From an uncultured Saprospiraceae bacterium (GTDB taxonomy: Bacteria > Bacteroidota > Bacteroidia > Chitinophagales > Saprospiraceae): a stretch of DNA of 64,000 bases. The DNA is taken from the NCBI GenBank assembly GCA_964525915.1, contig CAZGKN010000002.1:1194-65193 (forward strand). The letters run 5' to 3'. Both the position numbers and the translations under genes were made by a program. A model generated the notes under the pieces. It made no database searches. It was not told the DNA's origin and was given only the letters and a program-made list of their open reading frames with translations. Below, one piece after another: positions 20,606 to 31,004 of the stretch; the stretch's first letter is position 1; every line of letters starts with the position of its first letter.

Positions 20606-23593
20606 TCATTTAGGAATACTAACACTGTAATCCATTGGCTGGAAATCCTTTATAGCCTGATAAGCAATTGCATGGCCCTTTACTCTATAGTTCAGTTTAT
20701 TGAGTAAGTTTGTGTGTGAGGATGGAAAGGTTCTGTTTGAGAGGAATACATATACTAAATTTGACTGAGGGTCAGCCCACACAGCGGTCCCGGTAAATCC
20801 CAGGTGACCAAAAGTCTGATTGGAAGCAAGAGAGGTGACATTGTCAATTCTGCCGGGATCCGATTCTTTCATATCAAATCCAATTCCCCGACGGGACTCT
20901 GTGGGAAAACGAGTGGTAAATGTCTTTACAGTAGCAGCTTGCAAGTAACGTGTACCGCCATACTCACCTTTATTGAGCAGCATCTGCATTAATATCCCCA
21001 GATCGAGTGCATTCGAGAACAGACCAGCATGCCCACTGACTCCGCCCAACATTGCAGCAGCCATATCGTGCACTTCTCCCTGGACTATTTGTTGGCGAAA
21101 ATACCGGTCATCTTCAGTAGGAGCAATGCGGGTCGGTGGAAATTTATTCTCCGGATTGAACATCATCATTTTCAGACCCATGGGTTTATAGAAATTTTTC
21201 ATGGCATATTGGTCTAAGGTCTCACCACTGACATTATGGATGAGTCTGCTCAGCATTATGAAGCCCAGGTCACTGTATTTATAATTGGTATTCAACAGAT
21301 TCTTACATTCGGCTATGGATCTCCACATAGTATCCAAATACGAAGTATCCATATAAAGCCGGTTAGCTACATGGATTGCATATTTCGATGATTGATGTGA
21401 ATCGTATATATCAGCCGATGGTCTGATCCGGTGGCCATTATCGACTACTGTGCGTTGGTAGAAAGGAATCCAGGGGTACAATCCTGCTCTGTGCGCCATG
21501 ACACTGCGTATCACCATTGACTCTTTGTTGCTGCCTTTCAGGAAAGGGAGATATTGCCCTAAGGTACCGTTTATATCTACCTGATTATTTTCTGATAGCT
21601 TCATCATTGATATTGTGGTCGCTGCTATTTTAGTGACAGAAGCCAGGTCATAAAGTGTGTGCGGATTGACAGGAGCGCTTTCTGGATCATAGGTGTATCT
21701 GCCAAAAGCCTTGTTATAAACCACTTTTGCATCTTTGATTACCACTATCTGACAACCGGGCGCTGCTCTCCTTCTGATGACATCCGCAGCCATCTGATCT
21801 AATTCTCTGAGTTTTGCTGAGCTCATACCCACGGTCTCAGGTAAGCCGAAACCTACACGAATTGCCTGACTAACATCGATGCCGGCTTCAAACGGGTAGG
21901 GTGGTGCAGTCACTGGTAGTCTTCCATTTATAGGAATACCACCAAAGACAGCCTGGGCCGCGGCAGATTGATATTCATCATCATTATCATACGCACAGAT
22001 AATTGCTGCAGGACTTTTGAAGTTTGATAAACTGTACGGATTACCAAATACCAGTAATATTACCTTAGTCCGACCGGAGAGTGTATTGATAAACTGCAGA
22101 TCAGCATCACTGATTCCATAATTATCGCCGCGCTTATTAGTCATGTCAGTGAGCCCAATGATCACTACAGGATATTTTGACAAGCTACTCATTATATTAT
22201 CAGCATCTTCATCCTGTCCGGCATCTGCCATCACGAAGTGATTTGCCTTACAGTAATCATCTATCCTGTTTTGAAATCCGGCTTTTGTATTTCCACCTAA
22301 GGCCAGTGTCGCAAAACTTCCGCTGACATCTTTTATTGGAATCAGATTATTTTCATTTTTGACCAATGTGATTGCTTTTTCTACCAATAACTCATTTATC
22401 GCTTTGCCTTCATCTGTGATCAGGGCAGGTGATTTTGTAAGCGTTGTGGGTTTTACCTGCAGCCCAAGATCATACTTGGCTCTGAGTATTCGCAAAACAC
22501 TCTCATCGATTCTGTCTTCTGTCAATAAGCCGGATTTCAAGGCTGATCTGATTTTTTTTACAGATGATTCGATATCGGAAGGTAGCAATAATACATCTAC
22601 GCCGGCTAATAACGCTTTTACTTCTATTTCTCCTGGTTTGAAATTTTTTGTCACACCTTTCATCTCCAGTGCATCAGTAAAGACCAGACCATCGAAGCCC
22701 AGCCGTGTCCGAAGCCAACCATTGATCACTATCGGTGACAATGATGCAGGCAACTTATCCGTGTTATCTAATGCAGGTACTACCAGATGACCGATCATGA
22801 CACTTTGTACACCCTGATCGATCAATACACGGAAGGGATACATTTCCTGATCTTTCAGTCGGGTAGTATCAAAGGGCAAGACAGGTACATCAAAGTGTGA
22901 GTCAACATTCGTGTCGCCATGTCCCGGGAAATGCTTTGCACAAGCCATCACACCGGATGATTGCAGACCTAGCATATACATATAGGCCTTGCGTGAGACC
23001 AGTTCTTTGTTTTCACTGAATGAACGGGTGCCGATGACAGGATTGGCAGCATTATTATTGATGTCAACAACTGGTGCGAAGTTGACATTTACACCGAGCA
23101 ACTTCAACTCACGGGCTATTTCCTTTCCCATCTGATAGATTAATCGGTCGTCCTGAATAGCTCCCAGTGTCATTTGCCTCGGAAAATCTATTGTGCCTGT
23201 CTTTAGTCTCATCGCAGGACCCCACTCGGCATCCATGGAAATCATCAGTGGTACCGGACTTATACTTTGATAGTAGCTGGTAAGTTCAACCTGTCGGTCA
23301 GCAGTACCCTGAAAAAAGCACAATCCACCAATATGATAATCTTCTATCTGTTCCTGTATTTTTTTCTTTTCAGATTCATCATTACTTGAATATGCCCTGA
23401 CCATAAACAACTGACCGATTTTCTCATCAATGGACATCGTTTGCAATACAGAATCTGCCCAGACCTGTCGAAAGTCTTTTTTTACTTTTTTGGTTTTAAT
23501 ATGATCCGTTGTAGCACTGACAGGTTTGTCAGGCATTGTGCCGGGTAAAAAAAAGCTGAATAAACTAAGTACTATTCCTAAGCTCCAATGCAT
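20606..23593 (-). CDS. fusion protein: GH3 beta-N-acetylhexosaminidase-like domain + serine beta-lactamase/PBP-like domain
   Basis: GH3 motif KHFPGHGDTNVDSH in the N-half. SxxK motif (ASVTK) and class-C-like fold length in the C-half. 995 aa. Confidence 0.85.
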   Translation of the reverse strand: MHWSLGIVLSLFSFFLPGTMPDKPVSATTDHIKTKKVKKDFRQVWADSVLQTMSIDEKIGQLFMVRAYSSNDESEKKKIQEQIEDYHIGGLCFFQGTADRQVELTSYYQSISPVPLMISMDAEWGPAMRLKTGTIDFPRQMTLGAIQDDRLIYQMGKEIARELKLLGVNVNFAPVVDINNNAANPVIGTRSFSENKELVSRKAYMYMLGLQSSGVMACAKHFPGHGDTNVDSHFDVPVLPFDTTRLKDQEMYPFRVLIDQGVQSVMIGHLVVPALDNTDKLPASLSPIVINGWLRTRLGFDGLVFTDALEMKGVTKNFKPGEIEVKALLAGVDVLLLPSDIESSVKKIRSALKSGLLTEDRIDESVLRILRAKYDLGLQVKPTTLTKSPALITDEGKAINELLVEKAITLVKNENNLIPIKDVSGSFATLALGGNTKAGFQNRIDDYCKANHFVMADAGQDEDADNIMSSLSKYPVVIIGLTDMTNKRGDNYGISDADLQFINTLSGRTKVILLVFGNPYSLSNFKSPAAIICAYDNDDEYQSAAAQAVFGGIPINGRLPVTAPPYPFEAGIDVSQAIRVGFGLPETVGMSSAKLRELDQMAADVIRRRAAPGCQIVVIKDAKVVYNKAFGRYTYDPESAPVNPHTLYDLASVTKIAATTISMMKLSENNQVDINGTLGQYLPFLKGSNKESMVIRSVMAHRAGLYPWIPFYQRTVVDNGHRIRPSADIYDSHQSSKYAIHVANRLYMDTSYLDTMWRSIAECKNLLNTNYKYSDLGFIMLSRLIHNVSGETLDQYAMKNFYKPMGLKMMMFNPENKFPPTRIAPTEDDRYFRQQIVQGEVHDMAAAMLGGVSGHAGLFSNALDLGILMQMLLNKGEYGGTRYLQAATVKTFTTRFPTESRRGIGFDMKESDPGRIDNVTSLASNQTFGHLGFTGTAVWADPQSNLVYVFLSNRTFPSSHTNLLNKLNYRVKGHAIAYQAIKDFQPMDYSVSIPK

Positions 23594-23601
23594 TCTTCAG
23601 A

Positions 23602-25614
23602 TTATTGGTTTGGTTTTTTGAGACGAGACTGAAGTTTAGGGTCTATTTTTATCGCTTCTGCTTGTAGTTCAGCTCCTTTTTTTGCATCTCCGGCGATAAT
23701 ATAGGCTGTACCCAAATCAAATATGAGATTCGCATCTTTCGGCGTTTTTGCCCGCGCTAATTCGAAGTATTTGATTGCCTCTTTAGGTCGGTTGAGATAA
23801 CCATTTGCGACACCCAATAAGCGCAGTGTCTCAGCATCATTGGGATTTATCGCATACGATTTCAGGAGATTTTCAATAGCTAGTTGTGTATTTCCGAGTT
23901 TCTCGCCGGCATGCTTGCCATTGTCTCTGTAAGCCATGGCAATATTATTTTTCAGCGTCGGAAGCGTAGTGTCCAATTGCATCGCCTTTGTGTACATTTC
24001 TATGGCTGAAAGATATTTACCCTGATAGTAAAGATCATTGCCCAGCAATACATGGGCGATGGAATAAGTAGGATGCAGTTCGATCGCTTTTCTCAAATGT
24101 GTTTCAGCAAATTGAAGCATGCTTCGCCGATCCAACGAATCAGTGACATGCACTGCGCTGTCGATAGTAATCCCACCAACGCTATTATTAAGTTTGGCGC
24201 TATTGGGTGAATATTTTATATCATTTAGAAAAATACTATAATTTGACTTCCATACCGGGTTACGAAGGATGGTCTTAATGCCAAAGGCCAATATCCCAAT
24301 GATCAGTAGGGTATTCATCCCGGATGTGAATTTCAGGTGAAGCCAATATTTACTAATCAGATAGGCGATAATCAGACAAAAACCAATGGATGGGATAAAC
24401 AGAAAGCGCTCAGACATCAGTGTTCCTACAGGTAAAGGAATATTGGACATGGGAAATAGCGCTATCAGATAAAACAAGATGCCAAAGGCGATGATATTGC
24501 GCTTTTTTATCTGCCAAATACTCCAGACAGTACCTGCACCATATAATACTAAACCAAGAATTGCTTTTGGATTAGCGAATGTAGTCAATGGTATTTGTAA
24601 TGGATAATAATCGTGTGTCAATGGATGCGGGAAGACCAGCAAACGGAGGTAATCGGTAAAAGTGACGCAAATGGTGGCCATTTTCATCATAAATGAAGCA
24701 GGTTCATAATGATTACCCACCCAGATCAGAAAGGGATTGTTCATCAACTCATTGATCTGTGTGCCGCCATGTGGTAAACCCAGAATTGCAAATCGCAACA
24801 CGAAATAGGGTACTGTGCCTGCAATGAGTAACATCACGTCCTTTGCTGCCTGCCGTAGAGTTATCCCATAAAAGATGAATCTGGCTAATGGGATTAATAC
24901 AATGAATACAATCGCATTTTCTTTGGAGAATAAGGCCAACATAAAGGCAATTGCAGCCGATAAATACCATTTGATGGATTGCTGCTTATCTGCATAATCC
25001 AGACTAATCGCTGCTAAGAGTGAAAAAAGCAGGGTCAATACTTCATCCCGACCTTTGATATTGGCGATGACTTCCGTATGCACAGGATGAATCACAAACA
25101 ATAATGCCGCGAAAAACGCAATCATAGTAGCCGCATTTTCATCAAATCTTGCTTTAAATAAATTGCGCAGCCAGGTAAATAAAAGAATGCAACAAACTGC
25201 GTACAAGAGCACACCGATAAGATGAAACATAAATGGGCTCCCATCAAAAAACTGATATTCGACAGCAAACATTGCCAGTGATAGCGGCCGGTAACGCCCA
25301 CCTTCTACCAGATTAGCTTTTCCTTCCTTTTTGAAAAAACCAAAGAATGTATCATGCTTAAATATCCCCGGGATTCCTGCGATTCCTTGTTTTGTATATT
25401 GATTACTGCTGATTACGATTGCGTCATCCATCACGAATTCCCCACCCAGTGAGTTTGCATAATACAGGAAAGCGATGATGCCCAGGAACCAGGGAATCCA
25501 TCGTATGCTGAGCCAGCCACCCAGACGGGGTTCGCTGATAGCGACCGATACTTTCGGCGATACTTTCGCAGGTACAGGCTTATCTTTTTTGGATTTTGAC
25601 ATCTTATTTTTCAA
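23602..25614 (-). CDS. polytopic membrane protein with C-terminal TPR repeats (TMTC/PMT-like putative glycosyltransferase)
   Basis: About 10 TM helices followed by several TPR units (e.g. AHVLLGNDLYYQGKYLSAIEMYTKAMQLD). Confidence 0.62.
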   Translation of the reverse strand: MKNKMSKSKKDKPVPAKVSPKVSVAISEPRLGGWLSIRWIPWFLGIIAFLYYANSLGGEFVMDDAIVISSNQYTKQGIAGIPGIFKHDTFFGFFKKEGKANLVEGGRYRPLSLAMFAVEYQFFDGSPFMFHLIGVLLYAVCCILLFTWLRNLFKARFDENAATMIAFFAALLFVIHPVHTEVIANIKGRDEVLTLLFSLLAAISLDYADKQQSIKWYLSAAIAFMLALFSKENAIVFIVLIPLARFIFYGITLRQAAKDVMLLIAGTVPYFVLRFAILGLPHGGTQINELMNNPFLIWVGNHYEPASFMMKMATICVTFTDYLRLLVFPHPLTHDYYPLQIPLTTFANPKAILGLVLYGAGTVWSIWQIKKRNIIAFGILFYLIALFPMSNIPLPVGTLMSERFLFIPSIGFCLIIAYLISKYWLHLKFTSGMNTLLIIGILAFGIKTILRNPVWKSNYSIFLNDIKYSPNSAKLNNSVGGITIDSAVHVTDSLDRRSMLQFAETHLRKAIELHPTYSIAHVLLGNDLYYQGKYLSAIEMYTKAMQLDTTLPTLKNNIAMAYRDNGKHAGEKLGNTQLAIENLLKSYAINPNDAETLRLLGVANGYLNRPKEAIKYFELARAKTPKDANLIFDLGTAYIIAGDAKKGAELQAEAIKIDPKLQSRLKKPNQ

Positions 25615-25670
25615 TCATTATTAGCATTCATGTTAAATTCTTGTGAAAATTTAAACAATGGATCAGAGGA

Positions 25671-25678
25671 CAAAAATA
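25671..25678 (-). promoter_or_regulatory. candidate -7 box (TATTTTTG on minus strand) for the TPR membrane protein gene
   Basis: Plus-strand caaaaata is the reverse complement of TAnnTTTG. It lies 57 nt upstream of the start at 25614. Confidence 0.3.
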
Positions 25679-25768
25679 ATATTTCATTCCATAACGATAT
25701 AATTTACAAAGAATACCTGAATTATTGATGCCAACACTACACTTATTCACATTAAAAGCGATTTTACT

Positions 25769-26350
25769 ATGCGAAAATTATTTCTGTTTGCCGTATTAAG
25801 TTGTGCTATTCCGATGATTGGCTATTCACAATTCTCTATCAATCCTAAAGCAGGTATCAATTACCTGTGGATTGGTGACTCACCTACTTCTTTCTCCAAT
25901 GCCGGCTCTGAAGCCGGATGGCAGGTAGGAGCTGATCTGCGGATGGGTCGCAGACTTTATTTTCAGCCGGGATTTTATCTGGTCCGCAGCGGGAGTCAGT
26001 TTGATGAGTTCCGGGATCTGACTGATTTTGATAAATATAAGGAGGGGAGAGCCTCACATCTGAAAGTCCCAATCAATATTGGATATAAACTCATCAATAT
26101 CCCATTTTTTAAACTCCGGATCAATGGTGGCCCGGTAGTAAATAAGTTTTGGAAAGTGACTGAACATAGCCAGATTCCTGCTGAATCATATCAGCAATGG
26201 CAATATGGTGCGAATGTGGGCCTGGGAATAGATTTACTGTTCATGACACTTGATGCCAACTATGAATTTGGTCTTACCGATTATTTTGTAGCACAATCCA
26301 ATTCTAAACCCGCACTGTTTTCAATCAGTGCAGGATTTAGGATTCCATAA
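25769..26350 (+). CDS. small outer-membrane beta-barrel protein (porin-family/OMP_b-brl type)
   Basis: Signal peptide, alternating beta-strand pattern, C-terminal aromatic-rich strand (SISAGFRIP). 193 aa. Confidence 0.6.
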   Translation: MRKLFLFAVLSCAIPMIGYSQFSINPKAGINYLWIGDSPTSFSNAGSEAGWQVGADLRMGRRLYFQPGFYLVRSGSQFDEFRDLTDFDKYKEGRASHLKVPINIGYKLINIPFFKLRINGGPVVNKFWKVTEHSQIPAESYQQWQYGANVGLGIDLLFMTLDANYEFGLTDYFVAQSNSKPALFSISAGFRIP

Positions 26351-26379
26351 TAGTTAGGAATATATTCCTTCATGCTTGT

Positions 26380-26409
26380 CCTGCTCCTTACAAGAGCAGG
26401 ATTTTTTTT
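26380..26409 (+). terminator. Rho-independent terminator
   Basis: cctgctc / gagcagg stem with 7-nt loop followed by a T8 run, 30 nt after the stop at 26350. Confidence 0.7.
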
Positions 26410-26452
26410 GCAGTATAAATTCGTTGCCTGAAATCTTTTTCAATGGATCAAA

Positions 26453-26488
26453 ATAAAAAAAAGCTGCATTGTGGTAGCAATGCAGCTT
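26453..26488 (-). terminator. Rho-independent terminator for the minus-strand TPR gene
   Basis: 11-bp stem aagctgcattg / caatgcagctt. On the minus strand it is followed by a T-run (plus-strand aaataaaaaa). Lies 26 nt beyond the stop at 26514. Confidence 0.65.
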
Positions 26489-26513
26489 TAATTCTCAAAA
26501 GTTATCTAAATGA

Positions 26514-28208
26514 TTATTTATTTGCCGGAGTCTTTGGGGTAGCTGGTTGCTTTGAATTATCTTTCTTTGGTGCCTCCGGTGTTTTTGGAACATCCGGTGT
26601 TTTTGGCGGTGTAGTTCCGGATGGCGTTTGAATCAGTGTAGATAAGGTCTCCATATAACTTAGCGTCGTCGGATTCGTATCATCAAATTCAAGTGCCTTA
26701 TCATTCCAACTATTTGCTGTCTTATAATCCTGTTTTTTGATATAATAAGCAGTCAGCCAGTTAGCCGCTTCAGATAGATTTTTCTTATATTTCTCCACAT
26801 TGGTACTTCCTAGTTCGATTACTTTGTTGTAGAAAGGAATAGCCGCACCGGTGCCGGTGGAATCCATCTGTACATTGTGTCTTGCTCTCCACAGATAGCC
26901 GGTAGGGTCATCGGGCACTTTAGCTATGATTCCCATGGCAGCAGTATCGCCTCTGCCAAATTGATTGCCCAGATAATCAGCCCTGGTCGCATAGAAATAA
27001 TCCACTGCCAGGTTAGTAGATTTCGCGATTATATTGAAAAAATAACCAGCCTGGTTGTATTGCTTTCTTTCATACAATGTATCTGCGATCTCCTTGACCA
27101 GAAATAATTTGGACGTATCCATCTGGAATGCTTGTAACCAATTTAATCTGCCGATGGAGTCTTGACCTAATCCCATATAGATTCTACCGAGATATTCGTA
27201 ATCTCTGGAGATAATAGGTGTCGTATCATGCTCTGCCAGGAATTTATTCATTGACTGCAAAGCGTTTGGATAATCTTTGGATTCACAATACGTATAGCCC
27301 AATAAGCGGTCGAGGTATGCTTTGTTTGGCGCATCTTTCTGAATCGCTTTGGTAAATTGGATGGCTTCCGCATAGTCTTTATTCAGGAATAAAGTATTGG
27401 CATACCATAATCGGTCATTTACGCTGGGTGGCGTATTCAGTTCAAGATATTTACTGAAATTTTGTTTAGCTTCCGGATATTTCGCTCTATCGTAATAATA
27501 ATAGCCCAGATCTCTATACACCAATGCATAATTAGGGTCCGCAGCTATGGCTTTATCAAATTCAGGAATACCATAGTCATAGTTTTTGCCGGCCAGATAA
27601 GCTCTGCCGATTTTATAATGCGGAACTGCGTTATGCGGATCCTTCTCCGCAGCATATTCATAATTTGTCACGGCATTACCTGCATCTCCCTTGAGTGCAT
27701 ACGCATCGCCCAATAGCATCCGGGAGGTGGCATCCGTCATATCGAAGTCATCCACTGCTTGTTTGATATAGAAAATAGCCATTTTCGCGTCCTTATGTTT
27801 CCCGTACAGGAATTGCTCACCGATCATACGTGACAGAAATCCTTTCATTTTACGGCCTTTGCGGAGAGCCTTGGCAAAATCATCTGCCATTTCCTCACCA
27901 TTGCGACCTGAATTAACCTGCGCTAATAGTTCTGCAACGGCTTTAATTGATTTAGATTCTTCATTATTGATTAGTTTATCCAGGACAGTTTTTGCTTCAT
28001 CATATTTTCCTGTAGCATTCAGGAAACTATAGAGGAAAAACTCATTATTCATGTTGGACGGATCTTTTTGTACTACACCTTTTATCGCATCTAAAGCCTG
28101 ACTCTCTTTCCCATAGAAATAAAGCTTATAAATATCATCCATACTCTGGCTGAATGCCAGTAGGGCCGTGCTTAGTAATGTAATGACCAGAAAAATTTTC
28201 TTACACAT
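26514..28208 (-). CDS. secreted TPR-repeat protein with Pro/Thr/Lys-rich C-terminal tail
   Basis: Signal peptide, many TPR units, tail TPSGTTPPKTPDVPKTPEAPKK. Last gene of the exbB-tonB cluster. Confidence 0.7.
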   Translation of the reverse strand: MCKKIFLVITLLSTALLAFSQSMDDIYKLYFYGKESQALDAIKGVVQKDPSNMNNEFFLYSFLNATGKYDEAKTVLDKLINNEESKSIKAVAELLAQVNSGRNGEEMADDFAKALRKGRKMKGFLSRMIGEQFLYGKHKDAKMAIFYIKQAVDDFDMTDATSRMLLGDAYALKGDAGNAVTNYEYAAEKDPHNAVPHYKIGRAYLAGKNYDYGIPEFDKAIAADPNYALVYRDLGYYYYDRAKYPEAKQNFSKYLELNTPPSVNDRLWYANTLFLNKDYAEAIQFTKAIQKDAPNKAYLDRLLGYTYCESKDYPNALQSMNKFLAEHDTTPIISRDYEYLGRIYMGLGQDSIGRLNWLQAFQMDTSKLFLVKEIADTLYERKQYNQAGYFFNIIAKSTNLAVDYFYATRADYLGNQFGRGDTAAMGIIAKVPDDPTGYLWRARHNVQMDSTGTGAAIPFYNKVIELGSTNVEKYKKNLSEAANWLTAYYIKKQDYKTANSWNDKALEFDDTNPTTLSYMETLSTLIQTPSGTTPPKTPDVPKTPEAPKKDNSKQPATPKTPANK

Positions 28209-28235
28209 TGTTCTCTATTTTATTAAATACTTTAA

Positions 28236-29186
28236 TTACTTGATATTTGGTGATGAAGGGTTTACCTGGATTAATCTGACCGGGGCATTGGCCGGTATGA
28301 GGCCATCTTTCAACACTATTCTTTGTCCTTTATCACTGGCTGCAAAAGCGGCGAATCCACTGCCCAATCCATTATATGGTTCATTGATATAGATATGAAG
28401 CAAGCGAATAATCGGGTACTGACGCGTCGCGATGTAAGCCTGATAGGGTTGAAATCCTTCCATCTGGGTATTGTCAGATAATTCCAGTAATTTGACTTGT
28501 TTGGTAAATTTCTGATTCTGGACATCACTCATATCACTGACATGATTGACACCGATCAGACCAATGCTGTTTTTATGTTTTGCTATATAATCAATTACTT
28601 CCTGATTATTCTTAAGTGCATATACATTACTGCCTAAGGGTGCACCTTTCAACAGACTGTCCCGGGAATAAGAGTAAACACCACTACCCGGATTATCCAG
28701 TACGATGTTGATTTTTCCTTTCATCTTACTGCCTTCTACCTCTGACCATTCAGTCTTTTTTCCGGCGATTATATCAGTTAATGTGCCGACATCCAATTTA
28801 TCTACCGGATTATCAGGGTTGACTATCAAGGCAATCCCGCCGACGGCGATGATCGTATTTTTTAGTTTTATACCTTCTACCTCTAATATTTTCTTTTCAT
28901 TGGCTGTGAGTTCACGGGCGATGACTAATGCCCGGACTGAATCCTTAAGGAACAGTTGTAAAGCTTCTGCTTCCGGCAGATAATGTACGTCGATGTGAGC
29001 TTTATCATACTGTGAATGGAATATCAATACTTCACTATCAATCAGATTCTTAAATGACTGATCAACAGATATAGCGATTCGACCGGATGTAGGTGTGTCT
29101 CTTTCCGATTGGTTTCCATTGCCGGATTGACAACCGGTAAAGGCAAGCAGAAGAATTGCTATATAATATGAATTAATGATTTTCAT
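28236..29186 (-). CDS. PstS-like periplasmic substrate-binding lipoprotein
   Basis: Lipobox LLAFTGC and a type-2 PBP fold-length protein (316 aa) with GSGVY-type segment. No ABC permease or ATPase gene adjacent. Confidence 0.7.
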   Translation of the reverse strand: MKIINSYYIAILLLAFTGCQSGNGNQSERDTPTSGRIAISVDQSFKNLIDSEVLIFHSQYDKAHIDVHYLPEAEALQLFLKDSVRALVIARELTANEKKILEVEGIKLKNTIIAVGGIALIVNPDNPVDKLDVGTLTDIIAGKKTEWSEVEGSKMKGKINIVLDNPGSGVYSYSRDSLLKGAPLGSNVYALKNNQEVIDYIAKHKNSIGLIGVNHVSDMSDVQNQKFTKQVKLLELSDNTQMEGFQPYQAYIATRQYPIIRLLHIYINEPYNGLGSGFAAFAASDKGQRIVLKDGLIPANAPVRLIQVNPSSPNIK

Positions 29187-29421
29187 ATTGCTTTATTCGC
29201 TTATAGAAAAAATATACTCGCAATGCCCGGTAAATACCATAAATCAACATTAATCCTGCGAAAATCTGTAAAGTAATATCTTTCTCTGAAGGCGCCATTA
29301 ACCAGCCCATTAATACAGAAACTCCAAGTATGATAAATAACAGACTGACCAATATCCCCAGACCCAGGTTTAATAAATAAAATGAATCTCTCAGCGGGCT
29401 TTTATTTGATTTATCATCCAA
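29173..29421 (-). CDS. small membrane protein (2 TM helices)
   Basis: 82 aa and hydrophobic. Overlaps the start of the PstS-like gene by 14 nt inside the operon. Confidence 0.45.
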   Translation of the reverse strand: MDDKSNKSPLRDSFYLLNLGLGILVSLLFIILGVSVLMGWLMAPSEKDITLQIFAGLMLIYGIYRALRVYFFYKRIKQYENH

Positions 29422-29514
29422 TGCACTTATTCTTTTTATCTAAAACAAAGTAGCACTCTGGTGAAATTCCGGACTGCTACTTATTTAATTATTTTTTAAC
29501 AATAGGCTGACACC

Positions 29515-30360
29515 CTAGTCCTGCAACTTGAATGTCACAGGGAGTGTAAATGCTACACGTACCGGCTTACCATTTTGTCTGCCGGGTTTCCAGTTTGGCA
29601 TTTCATTGACTACTCTGAGCGCTTCCTGACCTGCACCGCCACCTACCGGATCTTTTATGATCCTGGCGGCAGTGATCTTACCATTTTTCTCTACCACGAA
29701 GCCGATAAATACCTTTCCCTGTAGTCCATTTTCTCTGGCAGCTGCCGGATATTTAATGTTGTCTCTGAGAAATGCAGTCATAGCTGAAGTTCCACCAGGA
29801 AATTCCGGATTTTGTTCTACGACTTTAAATATTTCATTTTCGTCATCTTTTTTTGGTTCATCAAGACCTACCTTTCTATCGTCCATTACTATTCCTGCAT
29901 CGCTATTCGCATCGATGACTACCTTCGCATTCGGATCACCTTTAACATTTTTTGTGCCCGGATCGCTTTTTTTTAAGTCCTCTACTGTTGCCAACTCTAC
30001 CTTTTCCTGTACTAATTCATCTTTTGTCACCTTAGGTGGAACATATTGCACAGAAGCTCTCTCTGGTGGAGGTGGCGCCGGAGGTGGGGGAGGAGGCGGT
30101 GGTTTTGTCTCATCCATCGGAGGCGGTGGTGGGATATTGGCCAGATCCACTTTCACATCCTGTGTACTGATCATGTCCGAGATTTTCGAACTAAGCAGTG
30201 CATATCCTATGAAGAGTACAGCGATAATCACAGCTGCCAACAATGCTCTCCCTACATATTTTGGATAATTTCTACGTAGGAAATAGGCACCATAGTTTTT
30301 ATTGCGGCCTTCAAAAATCAGATCCAGTAAATCGGATTTCAATATTTTTTCGCTATCCAT
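29515..30360 (-). CDS. tonB: energy transducer TonB
   Basis: N-terminal TM anchor, proline-rich spacer PPPPPMDETKPPPPPPPPAPPPPE, and a C-terminal TonB_C-like domain (GKVFIGFVVEKNGKI..PVRVAFTLPVTFKL). Confidence 0.87.
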   Translation of the reverse strand: MDSEKILKSDLLDLIFEGRNKNYGAYFLRRNYPKYVGRALLAAVIIAVLFIGYALLSSKISDMISTQDVKVDLANIPPPPPMDETKPPPPPPPPAPPPPERASVQYVPPKVTKDELVQEKVELATVEDLKKSDPGTKNVKGDPNAKVVIDANSDAGIVMDDRKVGLDEPKKDDENEIFKVVEQNPEFPGGTSAMTAFLRDNIKYPAAARENGLQGKVFIGFVVEKNGKITAARIIKDPVGGGAGQEALRVVNEMPNWKPGRQNGKPVRVAFTLPVTFKLQD

Positions 30361-30432
30361 TTGATTATTTTTCTACTATAACGTAAATATAAGTTAAATA
30401 ATTTCCTTTCAACGTATTTTTACGCTATAAAT

Positions 30433-30981
30433 TTATTTATTTTGTTGCTCAGCTTGTTTATTACCTGTTTTCAAAAGTGCTAATTCCTGTGGAGTAACTG
30501 GTACCATTGCATAGATTTTGATATCATTGATAGCCATTTCATCCAGTATGTCCACCATATTTTTGTAGATTGATTCATCAGTGGGTTTGATAATCACGAC
30601 AGTTTTATCTTTTCCGAACTGAGGCATTGCTTCCACTTTTGCTTTTTTGTCCAGGATAACCTGTCTGATTCCTTTTATATCCGTATTTTTTAACTCAGGG
30701 GCATCCAATCCTTCATAATACCAGATTTGGTTGTCTTTACCCAATATCAGTGTAAGTACACGGGATGCTTCTACCTCTGGTGGCTTAGGGTCATTGGGCC
30801 CGGGTTTAACGGGCATATTTATCTCCATAGTCTGAGGCTTACTCATCGTCGTAGTTAACATGAAGAAAGTAATCAGCAGGAACGCAAGGTCAACCATAGG
30901 TGTCAAATCCACCCTTGTTGACATCTTTTTACTCCTCTTCTTACCATCGCCACCACTACTGGAGGTATCTAATTGAGCCAT
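30433..30981 (-). CDS. exbD: biopolymer transport protein ExbD/TolR
   Basis: LTPMVDLAFLLITFFM TM segment typical of ExbD. 182 aa. Confidence 0.87.
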   Translation of the reverse strand: MAQLDTSSSGGDGKKRSKKMSTRVDLTPMVDLAFLLITFFMLTTTMSKPQTMEINMPVKPGPNDPKPPEVEASRVLTLILGKDNQIWYYEGLDAPELKNTDIKGIRQVILDKKAKVEAMPQFGKDKTVVIIKPTDESIYKNMVDILDEMAINDIKIYAMVPVTPQELALLKTGNKQAEQQNK

Positions 30982-31004
30982 TTTTTATGTTTTAGCTTTT
31001 TAAA

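Noticed and set aside
22359-22790. 143-aa plus-strand ORF
   Set aside because: It lies entirely inside and antisense to the well-supported GH3/beta-lactamase gene and has no motifs. The same reasoning applies to 44137..44535, 50665..51123, 34032..34289 and the other short antisense ORFs in the track.
26443-26631. 62-aa plus-strand ORF with GVFG repeats
   Set aside because: It is the antisense reading of the Pro/Thr/Lys tail of the TPR protein, and it spans the terminator hairpin.
29657-30268. 203-aa plus-strand ORF with Gly-rich run, plus 30046..30279
   Set aside because: It is antisense to tonB. The poly-Gly is the reverse reading of the TonB poly-Pro spacer, so this is a shadow ORF.
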